Shown: positions 43,195 through 50,929 of the stretch, piece by piece
Layout: every line of letters starts with the position of its first letter
How positions within the stretch are numbered: the stretch's first letter is position 1
Assembly: GCA_945892755.1 (NCBI GenBank)
Contig: CAMDDO010000002.1
Span: 58,418 to 122,417 of the forward strand
Source of the DNA: Rhizobium sp. Q54
GTDB taxonomy: Bacteria; Pseudomonadota; Alphaproteobacteria; UBA828
Reading direction: 5' to 3'
DNA: 64,000 nt
Translations under genes and position numbers: made by a program
Notes under the pieces: model-generated
What the model saw: only the letters and a program-made list of their open reading frames with translations
The model's database searches: none
Told to the model about the DNA's origin: nothing

Positions 43195-44528
43195 GGTCTC
43201 CCCATGTCGACAGGTCGAAGCGCGCCTTCGGTCGGCAGGCTCTCGAGGATCGCGCGCGGCCATTCGACGCTAACCTGGGCGCCGCCGCCCTGGCGATTGT
43301 GAAAGGCGACGCGAGCGCCGGTGCGCTCCAGCAAGGTCTTCGCGATGAAGAGCCCAAGCCCGAGCCGCCCCTCGTCGCGTCGGGTCGAGAGATAGGGCTC
43401 GCCCAGCTCGGCGAGCAATCCGGGGGGAAAGCCCGGCCCATCATCGAGCACGTCGATCGCCACCTGCTTCTCGCTCCATCGGACCCGCACCTCGACCGCC
43501 TGCCGGCTGAACTCAACCGCGTTCTCGATCAGATTGCCTAGCCCATGCATGATTTCGGCGCGCCGCGCAATCTCAGGCTCGCGCGCCGGCGACCCGTCCA
43601 AGGGTTCTGGAACGATCCTTACGCCGCGCTCGCGTGTCCGGAGCGGCGCGGCGGCGGCCTCGGCGAGGGCGCTGATCGGCAGGCGGCCATAGGGCGAATC
43701 GAGCGCGCCCTGACTCAAGCCTGAGAGCCGCCCCAAGATTTCGCGGCAGCGTCCGGTCTGCTCGACCAGAAGACGCACATCGTCGCCGAGCGGACTATCG
43801 GCCGGCAGGTCGCGCGCGATCTCCTTGGTAACCAGAAGAATGGTCGAGAGCGGCGTGCCCAGCTCGTGCGCCGCCGCCGCCGCGAGCGCGCCGAGCGCCG
43901 AGACGCGCTGTTCGCGCGCCAGCGCGGCCTGGAGTGCGCCATAGGCGTCGACCATGGCGCGCGCCTCGGCCGAAACGCGAAAAGTATAGGCGGCGATGAA
44001 CACGGTGCCGAGCACGAGCGCCGCCCATGTTCCCGTCAAATAGAGCGCCGGCAGGAGCAGCGTCGCGCCTGCCCAGGGCAACGGCCAATGGAAGACCGAG
44101 ACCAGCGAAATGCAGATCAGGGCCAGCCCGCACAGCGCCATGGTCGAGCGCAGGCTGAGAATGGTCGCCGCGACCGTGACCGGCACGACGAACAGGAAGG
44201 CGAAAGGGTTTTGCAGCCCGCCGGTCAGGGCCAGCAGCACGGAGAGCTGAATCACGTCGTAACCGAGATAGAGCGCGGCGCCGGTATCGCCGAGCCGGGT
44301 CTGCGGTGGCCACAGCACCGTGCTGAGCAGATTGACCAAGGCGGAGAGGGCGACCGCGCCCAGCGTCGGCAGCAGGGGCAGCTCGAAGCCCAGCGTGAAA
44401 TGCACCGCGAGCAGACTGACCAGCTGCCCGGTAATCGCCACCCAGCGGATGAGAATCAGCGTGCGCAGGCGGATCGGCCCGCCCAGCGCGCGTGGGGTTC
44501 GGCTCTCGAGCCAGTTTGCGATCGCCAT
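43191..44528 (-). CDS. regB: Redox sensor histidine kinase RegB/PrrB/ActS
   Basis: Six TM helices, the H-box AAAAHELGTPLSTI, and HATPase_c motifs (GNLIENAVEFS, DDGPGF, GLGLGLFIA). Confidence 0.85.
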   Translation of the reverse strand: MAIANWLESRTPRALGGPIRLRTLILIRWVAITGQLVSLLAVHFTLGFELPLLPTLGAVALSALVNLLSTVLWPPQTRLGDTGAALYLGYDVIQLSVLLALTGGLQNPFAFLFVVPVTVAATILSLRSTMALCGLALICISLVSVFHWPLPWAGATLLLPALYLTGTWAALVLGTVFIAAYTFRVSAEARAMVDAYGALQAALAREQRVSALGALAAAAAHELGTPLSTILLVTKEIARDLPADSPLGDDVRLLVEQTGRCREILGRLSGLSQGALDSPYGRLPISALAEAAAAPLRTRERGVRIVPEPLDGSPAREPEIARRAEIMHGLGNLIENAVEFSRQAVEVRVRWSEKQVAIDVLDDGPGFPPGLLAELGEPYLSTRRDEGRLGLGLFIAKTLLERTGARVAFHNRQGGGAQVSVEWPRAILESLPTEGALRPVDMGRP

Positions 44529-44539
44529 AGGCTGTTATA

Positions 44540-44610
44540 CCAAGCCTTGATGAGCCTGGCTCATCAAGGCTTGGCCGGCGCGACCGCGTTGCGCGTTTAG
44601 CGCGCGCCCG
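44540..44610. repeat. Partial copy C of the palindromic repeat (perfect 16-bp-arm head palindrome plus the first ~20 nt of the core)
   Basis: accaagccttgatgagcc-tg-gctcatcaaggcttgg followed by ccggcgcgaccgcg. Located in the regB / ABC divergent spacer. Confidence 0.5.
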
Positions 44611-44700
44611 AGCACGCGACACCCCCTTGGCGGCGAACCTCCAACAAGAGTCACGCGTCAATCTCTGGCACGAATCGTGTGCGCCGGGCGATAGTCGGGC

Positions 44701-45444
44701 ATGGCAACAGATGTGATCGTGGCCGAGACCATCAGCAAGCGCTTCGGCGCGGTCGTGGCGCTCGAGCCCATGAGCCTCAGGATCGCAGCCGGGGGTATTG
44801 TCGGGCTCCTGGGCGGCAATGGCGCGGGCAAGACCACCACCATGGCCATGCTGCTCGGGCTCTTGAGGCCGTCGAGCGGGCGGATCGAGATCTTCGGCCT
44901 CGAGCTCGAGCGGCACCGCTATGAGCTGCTGCCGCGCATGAACTTTTCCTCGCCCTATGTCGATCTGCCGCACCGGCTGACAGCGCTCGAGAATCTGCGC
45001 GTCTATGCCCGGCTCTACGGTGTCGTGCGGCCCGAGGCGCGTATCGCCGAACTCGCCGACGATCTCGACATCGGCAATCTCCTGCGCCGCCCGGTCGGCA
45101 AGCTCTCGGCCGGCCAGCGCACGCGCATCGCGCTGGCGAAATCGCTGATCAACCGCCCGGCGCTGCTCCTGCTCGACGAGCCGACCGCCTCGCTCGATCC
45201 CGACACGGCCGATTGGGTGCGCGGCTACATCCAGCGCTACCGCGCCGAATCGGGCGCCACCATCGTGCTCGCCTCGCACAACATGGCCGAGGTCGAGCGG
45301 CTGTGCGACGACGTGATCATGTTGAAGGCCGGCCGCCTGGTCGACCGCGACTCGCCCGCCGGCCTGATCGCGCGCTATGGCCGCCACACCATGGAAGAAG
45401 TTTTCCTCGATATCGCGCGCTCGGGCGCGCGTTCCGCACCATGA
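44701..45444 (+). CDS. ABC transporter ATP-binding protein (ABC-2 export type)
   Basis: Walker A GGNGAGKTT, signature LSAGQRTRIALA, Walker B LLLLDEPTASLD, H-loop ASHNM. Confidence 0.85.
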   Translation: MATDVIVAETISKRFGAVVALEPMSLRIAAGGIVGLLGGNGAGKTTTMAMLLGLLRPSSGRIEIFGLELERHRYELLPRMNFSSPYVDLPHRLTALENLRVYARLYGVVRPEARIAELADDLDIGNLLRRPVGKLSAGQRTRIALAKSLINRPALLLLDEPTASLDPDTADWVRGYIQRYRAESGATIVLASHNMAEVERLCDDVIMLKAGRLVDRDSPAGLIARYGRHTMEEVFLDIARSGARSAP

Positions 45445-45478
45445 CGCGCTCGGGCGCGCGTTCCGCACCATGACGCGC
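45421..45478 (+). repeat. Perfect 29-bp tandem duplication spanning the ABC ATPase stop codon
   Basis: tcgggcgcgcgttccgcaccatgacgcgc occurs twice head-to-tail (45421-45449, 45450-45478). The first copy contains the TGA stop. Confidence 0.8.
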
Positions 45479-45489
45479 GACCGAGGCAA

Positions 45490-45593
45490 AGCGCGATGAT
45501 CGCTCATCGAGACTTGGCCGGCGCGACCGCGCCGCGCCGCGTCAGCGGCGGAAGCCAAGCGCGCGGAGCGCGCGCCCGGCGCCTGAGGGCGCC
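45490..45593. repeat. Copy B of the palindromic repeat, in the ABC ATPase / permease intercistronic gap
   Basis: cgagacttggccggcgcgacCgcgccgcgccgcGTCAgcggcgGaagccaagcgcgcggAGcgcgcgcccggcgcCtgagg. The loop of the central gccgc/gcggc hairpin differs from copy A (TTAT versus GTCA) while the stem is conserved. Confidence 0.6.
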
Positions 45594-45596
45594 GCG

Positions 45597-46433
45597 ATGA
45601 TCGATCACGATCATCGCCACACCGTCGAGCTCCGGCGCACCGGCCCGCTGACGCGGATCGGCGCGCTGGTGCTGCGCCATCTCTATCTCTTGCGCGGCTC
45701 GTGGCCGAGGCTCTTGGAGCTGATCTACTGGCCGACCGTCCAGATGATCCTCTGGGGCATGATTACCCAGTTCCTGGTGACCGAGAGCGTCTGGGTACAG
45801 CAGGCGGGCGGCGCGCTGATCGCCGGCGTGCTGCTGTGGGACGTGCTGTTCCGCGGCCAGCTCGGCTTCACGCTGGTGTTCCTCGAGGAGATGTGGTCGC
45901 GCAATCTCGGCCATTTGTTCGTCAGCCCGATCCGGCCGATCGAGATGGTCGCCGCGTTCATGCTGATGAGCCTGATCCGCACGCTGATCGGCGTCGGCGG
46001 CGCCTCGGTGATCGCGATCCTGCTCTATCACTATTCGATCTTCGACATGGGCCTGCCGCTGATCGCGTTCTTCTTCGGCCTGATCGTGATGAGCTGGGCG
46101 CTCGGCTTGGTGGTGAGCGCGCTGATCCTACGCTTCGGGCTCGGCGCGGAGAGCCTGGCCTGGTTCCTGGTCTTCGCGCTGGCGCCAATCAGTGGCGTCT
46201 ATTACCCGATCAGCGTGCTGCCGGATTGGGTCGAGCCGATCGCCTTCGCGCTGCCCTCCGCGCATATCTTCGAAGGCATGCGCGCGGTGCTGATCGATCA
46301 TGTGGTGCGCTGGGATTTGCTGCGCCACGTCTTCCTGCTCGACGCCGCCTATCTGGTGATCGGCGTCGCCGTGTTCCTGCTCGCGGTCCGCATCGCGCGG
46401 CAACGCGGGCTGTTGCACCAGGTGGGGGAGTAG
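45597..46433 (+). CDS. ABC-2 family transporter permease
   Basis: Six predicted TM helices, ABC-2 type; directly downstream of the ATPase. Confidence 0.8.
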   Translation: MIDHDHRHTVELRRTGPLTRIGALVLRHLYLLRGSWPRLLELIYWPTVQMILWGMITQFLVTESVWVQQAGGALIAGVLLWDVLFRGQLGFTLVFLEEMWSRNLGHLFVSPIRPIEMVAAFMLMSLIRTLIGVGGASVIAILLYHYSIFDMGLPLIAFFFGLIVMSWALGLVVSALILRFGLGAESLAWFLVFALAPISGVYYPISVLPDWVEPIAFALPSAHIFEGMRAVLIDHVVRWDLLRHVFLLDAAYLVIGVAVFLLAVRIARQRGLLHQVGE

Positions 46434-46439
46434 GGGCGG

Positions 46440-47474
46440 CTATACTTTGCCGCTCACACCGGCCTCTTCGAACGTCGCCATGCCGGAATGGCAGGCCAGC
46501 GCCGCGCGCACGATAAGCGCGGCGAGCGCGGCGCCCGAGGCCTCGCCGAGCCGCATCTCCAAATCGACCAGCGGCGCCATGCCGAGCGCCTCGATCAGGC
46601 GCCGATGGCCGGCTTCGGCCGAGCAATGCCCGATCCGGCAATGCGCGAGCGCGTTGGGCGCGAGTTTGGCGAGCGGCAGGGCGGCCGCGGTGCAGGTGAA
46701 CCCGTCAAGCAGCACGGGCACGCGCCCGAGCCTGGCGCCCAGCACCGCGCCCAGGATCGCGGCGAGCTCGCGCCCGCCGAGCCGGCGCAGCGCCTCCAGT
46801 GGATCGCGCGTCGAGGCGCCATGGCGCGCGAGACCCCCGTCGATCGCCGCGCGCTTGCGCGCGAGGCCAGCCTCATCGACGCCGCTGCCCCGCCCGGCCC
46901 AAGCCGCGCCGTCGCCGCCGAGCAATGCGGCCGCGAGCGCGGCGCCGCTCGTCGTATTGGCGATGCCCATTTCACCCAGGCACAGCAAATCCGGCGCCGG
47001 CTCGAGCGCGTCCATGCCGGCGCGGATCGCCTCGACGCATTCGGCCTCGCTCAGCGCCGGCGCTTCGGTGAAATCCGCGGTCGGCCGCTCGAGCGAAAGC
47101 GGCACGACGCGAAGCTCGGCTTCGAGCAGCCTTGCCAGCTGATTGATCGCGGCGCCGCCGCGCGCATAGTTTTGCACCATCTCGGCGGTGACCGTGGCGG
47201 GAAAGGCCGAGACCCCCTTGGCCGCGATGCCGTGATTGCCGGCGAAGACGACGATGCGGATGCGCGTGACGCTCGGGATCGCGCGGTCCTGCCAGCCGGC
47301 CAGCCAGAGCGCGAGCTCCTCGAGCCGGCCGAGCGAGCCCGGCGGCTTGGTCAGCGCGTTCTGGCGCTTCGCCGCCGCCTCGACCGCGCGGCTCGATGCG
47401 ACCGGCAGCGCCCGGCAGAGCCGGCGCACATCATCGAAACTCCCGATGGTTGGAAGCGAACCGGCATCGGTCAT
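46440..47474 (-). CDS. cobT: Nicotinate-nucleotide--dimethylbenzimidazole phosphoribosyltransferase
   Basis: LTKPPGSLGRLEELALWLAGWQ and GEMGIANTTSGAALAAALLG motifs. Confidence 0.9.
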   Translation of the reverse strand: MTDAGSLPTIGSFDDVRRLCRALPVASSRAVEAAAKRQNALTKPPGSLGRLEELALWLAGWQDRAIPSVTRIRIVVFAGNHGIAAKGVSAFPATVTAEMVQNYARGGAAINQLARLLEAELRVVPLSLERPTADFTEAPALSEAECVEAIRAGMDALEPAPDLLCLGEMGIANTTSGAALAAALLGGDGAAWAGRGSGVDEAGLARKRAAIDGGLARHGASTRDPLEALRRLGGRELAAILGAVLGARLGRVPVLLDGFTCTAAALPLAKLAPNALAHCRIGHCSAEAGHRRLIEALGMAPLVDLEMRLGEASGAALAALIVRAALACHSGMATFEEAGVSGKV

Positions 47475-47575
47475 GGACGGCAGCCTTGGCGGGTGAGGGA
47501 AGCTATCCTATAACCCGAGCTATAACCCGTACCGACCAAGCGACCAAGCTGAGCCGAAGCCGAGGAAGCCCGCGC

Positions 47576-48412
47576 GTGGCGCCTGACCAGGATCCGATCG
47601 AAGATCGCGCCGCGCGTTTTGCCCGCGGCGTCGAGCGCGCGACCCGTGCCTGGCTGGTCGATCTCTCGGCCGCGTCGCGCCTGCTGACCCGCATGCCGCC
47701 GCTCTTGCGCCGGCGCTTCGGCGCGGCCGAAGCGGTTGCCGCGCCGGGCCCGATCGGGCGCGCGGTGCGGGCGTTTCCGGTGGTCGGCGCGGGCGTCGGG
47801 CTGGCCGCCGGCATCGTCTATTTGATCCTCCATGCCATCGGGCTGCCGGCCGCCATTGCCGGCGTCGTGGCGATCGCGATCAGCGCGCTCCTGACCGGCG
47901 CGCTGCACGAGGACGGGCTCGCCGATACCGCCGATGGCTTCGGCGGCGGCGCGACGCGCGAACGCAAGCTCGAGCTGATGCATGACAGCCGAATCGGCGC
48001 CTATGGCGTGCTCGCGCTCTTGCTCGTGCTCGGTGCCAAGCTCGGCACGTTGGTCGACCTCGAAAGCATCGGCCTGGTCTTGGCGGGCATGGTGTGCGCC
48101 GGCGCCTCGTCGCGCGCCCTCATGCCGCCCCTGATGCGCTGGCTTGAGCCGGCGCGGCCCGACGGGCTCGGCGCCAGCGCCGGAAGGCCGCCGGCGGACG
48201 CGGTGTTGACCGGACTGGCCTTGGCGGCCGTGCTCTCCCTCCTGCTCCTGAGCTGGTCGGGCCTGGTGGCTTTTTTGATCGCGGCACTGGGCGCGTTGGG
48301 CATGGCGCTCCTCGCGCGCCGCCAGATCGGCGGCCAGACCGGCGATGTGTTGGGCGCGACGCAACAAGTCGCCGAGCTACTTTTCTTGCTTAGCCTCGCC
48401 GCAATTCGATGA
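47576..48412 (+). CDS. cobS: Adenosylcobinamide-GDP ribazoletransferase (cobalamin synthase)
   Basis: LTRMPP...EDGLADTADGFGGG...GAYGVLALLLV and multi-TM topology. The start (GTG at 47576) is uncertain. Confidence 0.75.
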   Translation: MAPDQDPIEDRAARFARGVERATRAWLVDLSAASRLLTRMPPLLRRRFGAAEAVAAPGPIGRAVRAFPVVGAGVGLAAGIVYLILHAIGLPAAIAGVVAIAISALLTGALHEDGLADTADGFGGGATRERKLELMHDSRIGAYGVLALLLVLGAKLGTLVDLESIGLVLAGMVCAGASSRALMPPLMRWLEPARPDGLGASAGRPPADAVLTGLALAAVLSLLLLSWSGLVAFLIAALGALGMALLARRQIGGQTGDVLGATQQVAELLFLLSLAAIR

Positions 48413-49053
48413 GCCAAGCGAACCGGCCGGTGGTCACCCGGTGGTGGTGGATTCGCCACGCGCCGGTGCGCAATCACGGCGGGCGTTGCTACGGCCAGAG
48501 CGATGTGCTGGCCGATGTGTCCGATGACGCGGCATTTGCGGCTCTCGCGCGTGCTTTGCCGCAAGAGGCGCTCTGGGTGACCAGCCAACTCACGCGCACG
48601 CAGCAAACCGCGAAGGCGATTGCCGCGGCTGGGCATTCGATCGGCGAGCCGCTGGTCGAACCTGATCTCGCCGAGCAGAATTTCGGTCTCTGGCAGGGCC
48701 GTCGTTACGAAGAGATCGATCAGGACCTTGGCGAGGCGCACAAATTCTGGATCGCGCCGGCGCATCACGCGCCGCCCGAAGGCGAATCCTTCCTCGACGT
48801 GATCGCGCGGGCCGGCGGCGCGATCGAGCGGCTGACCCGCGACCATGCGGGGCAGCACATCGTGGCGGTCGCCCATGGCGGTTCGATCCGCGCCGCGCTT
48901 CAGATCGCGCTCGACACCCCGCCGGAGCGCGCGCTCGCCTTCGCCATCGACAATCTCTCGCTGACCCGCATCGACCATGTCGACGGCCCCGGCCAAGGCG
49001 GTCAATGGCGCGTCGTCTCGGTCAATCTCTCGCCCATTCATCCGAAACCATAG
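48409..49053 (+). CDS. cobC: Alpha-ribazole-5'-phosphate phosphatase (histidine phosphatase family)
   Basis: RHAPV catalytic RHG-type motif (WWIRHAPVRNHG) and a histidine-phosphatase fold; sits between cobS and cobU. Confidence 0.75.
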   Translation: MSQANRPVVTRWWWIRHAPVRNHGGRCYGQSDVLADVSDDAAFAALARALPQEALWVTSQLTRTQQTAKAIAAAGHSIGEPLVEPDLAEQNFGLWQGRRYEEIDQDLGEAHKFWIAPAHHAPPEGESFLDVIARAGGAIERLTRDHAGQHIVAVAHGGSIRAALQIALDTPPERALAFAIDNLSLTRIDHVDGPGQGGQWRVVSVNLSPIHPKP

Positions 49054-49074
49054 CCAAGCCGGCGGGGCTGAGTT

Positions 49075-49280
49075 AGCTTCGCTCCCGACGGCAAGACAGG
49101 GAAGCCGGTGCCGCGACCGAGGCCGATCGGCCAAGGGCGCTAGACCGGCGCTGCCCCCGCAACTGTGAGCGGTGAGGCTCGATCCTTCCGTGCGGATCCC
49201 CCGCACGGGCCACTGGCGCCAAGCGTCGGGAAGGTGGGATCGGGCTGATGAACCCGAGCCAGGAGACCTCCTTGCTGTCA
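49075..49280 (+). ncRNA. Cobalamin (AdoCbl) riboswitch in the cobU-cobW-cobN-cobO-cobQ leader
   Basis: AAGACAGGGAAGCCGGTGC... GCTGCCCCCGCAACTGTGAGCGG (B12 box region) ...GGGAAGGTGGGA...GAGCCAGGAGACCTCCTTGCTG, then SD GGAGGGAGG and the cobU ATG. Confidence 0.8.
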
Positions 49281-49306
49281 CGGCAACGCGAATCCTCGGA
49301 GGGAGG

Positions 49307-49882
49307 ATGCCTGCGGCTTTATCTTCCGGCGCGGCCATGCCCGTGCCAAATCTCGATGCTTCGGCGAGGCTCGTGCTCGTCATCGGCGGCGCGCGCTCGG
49401 GCAAGAGCGCCTATGCCGAACGGCTTTGTCTGGCCTCGGGGCTGAGCCCGCTCTACCTCGCCACCGCCGAAGCGCGCGATGCCGAAATGGCGGCGCGCAT
49501 CGATCAACACCAGGCACGCCGGGGCTCGCTGTGGCGCAGTGCCGAGGCCCCGCTCGATCTGGTCGAGGCGCTTGATGCCCATGCCGGCGTCCACGCCATC
49601 GTGTTGGTCGATTGCCTGACGCTTTGGCTCTCGAACCTGATCGAAGCGAAGCGCACGCCCGAGGACGAGTCGGCGCGGCTGATCGCGACATTGCCAAAGC
49701 TGGCTGGCCCGGTCGTTTTTGTTTCAAACGAAGTCGGGCTCGGCATCGTGCCCGATAATCCGCTCGCGCGTCGCTTTCGCGACGAGGCCGGGCGACTCAA
49801 TCAACGCATCGCCGAGCTCGCCGACCGCGTGGTGTTCATCGCCGCCGGCCTGCCGCTCGTGCTCAAGGGAGTTGCCGCATGA
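49307..49882 (+). CDS. cobU: Bifunctional adenosylcobinamide kinase / adenosylcobinamide-phosphate guanylyltransferase
   Basis: P-loop VIGGARSGKSAYAE; start chosen at the Met preceded by GGAGGGAGG. The 236-aa track ORF would run through the riboswitch. Confidence 0.85.
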   Translation: MPAALSSGAAMPVPNLDASARLVLVIGGARSGKSAYAERLCLASGLSPLYLATAEARDAEMAARIDQHQARRGSLWRSAEAPLDLVEALDAHAGVHAIVLVDCLTLWLSNLIEAKRTPEDESARLIATLPKLAGPVVFVSNEVGLGIVPDNPLARRFRDEAGRLNQRIAELADRVVFIAAGLPLVLKGVAA

Positions 49883-50919
49883 ATGTTCCGCGTTCGACCG
49901 CGCGCGTGCCGACCACGGTGATCACCGGGTTTCTTGGCGCGGGCAAGACCAGTCTGATCCGCCATTTGCTATCCAGCGCCAACGGTCGGCGACTCGCCCT
50001 CATGATCAACGAGTTCGGCGATGTCGGCATCGATGAGGCGCTGCTGCGTGGGTGCGGCGATGAAACCTGCGCCGAGAGCGACATCATCGAACTGACCAAT
50101 GGCTGCATCTGTTGCACGGTCGCGGATGATTTCGCGCCGGCCATGCAAAAGCTTTTGGCGCGCAACCCGGCACCCGAGCACATCGTGATCGAAACCTCGG
50201 GGCTCGCTCTGCCCAAACCCTTGGTCGACGCCTTTAACTGGCCCGAGATCAGAACACGGCTCACGGTCGATGGCGTGGTCGTGGTGGTCGATGGCGAAGC
50301 GTTCAATCAAGGCCGCGTGGTTGGCGATGCCTTGCGTCTCGCGAAGCAACGTCAAGTCGACCCCGCGCTCGATCATGAAGATCCGGTCGAGGAGGTCTTT
50401 GTCGACCAACTCGCCTGCGCCGATCTGATCGTGCTCAACAAATGCGATCTGTTGAGCGCGACCGAGCGCGCGACCCTGGTCGAAAAACTCTTGGCGGTGG
50501 CGCGACTGGGCGTGCGGGTGCTCCAGTCGACCGGCGCCGCTCTGCCGATCGAGGCGCTGCTCGGCCTGGGCGCCGCGGCGGAAGCGGATATCGCCAATCG
50601 CCGCACGCTGCACGATGCCGAGCCCGAGCATAATCACGACGACTTTGAGAGCACGGTGATCGCGCTGCCGCCGATCTCCGATCCCGACGCCTTCGAGCGC
50701 CGTTTGGCTTCGCTCTTCACCGAGCTACCAATACTGCGCGCCAAGGGCTTTCTCGACGTGCCGGGCAAGGCAAGGCGGCGCGTGGTGCAGGGCGTCGGAC
50801 CGCGCATCGATGGCTATTACGACCGCGCCTGGGCAAGCGATGAAACGCGCACGAGCGAGCTTGTCGTGATCGGCCTGCGACCGCTCGATTGCGCCGCGCT
50901 CAAAGCCGCGCTCGCCTAG
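49879..50919 (+). CDS. cobW: Cobalamin biosynthesis GTPase CobW (COG0523)
   Basis: GFLGAGKTS P-loop, the CxCC metal motif (GCICCTV), and a His-rich linker before the C-terminal domain. Confidence 0.85.
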   Translation: MNVPRSTARVPTTVITGFLGAGKTSLIRHLLSSANGRRLALMINEFGDVGIDEALLRGCGDETCAESDIIELTNGCICCTVADDFAPAMQKLLARNPAPEHIVIETSGLALPKPLVDAFNWPEIRTRLTVDGVVVVVDGEAFNQGRVVGDALRLAKQRQVDPALDHEDPVEEVFVDQLACADLIVLNKCDLLSATERATLVEKLLAVARLGVRVLQSTGAALPIEALLGLGAAAEADIANRRTLHDAEPEHNHDDFESTVIALPPISDPDAFERRLASLFTELPILRAKGFLDVPGKARRRVVQGVGPRIDGYYDRAWASDETRTSELVVIGLRPLDCAALKAALA

Positions 50920-50929
50920 ACCACGGCCA

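Noticed and set aside
43795-45558. 587-aa minus-strand ORF spanning regB, the promoter spacer and the ABC ATPase
   Set aside because: It crosses two oppositely oriented genuine genes and an intergenic repeat; low-complexity Arg/Ala/Gly composition.
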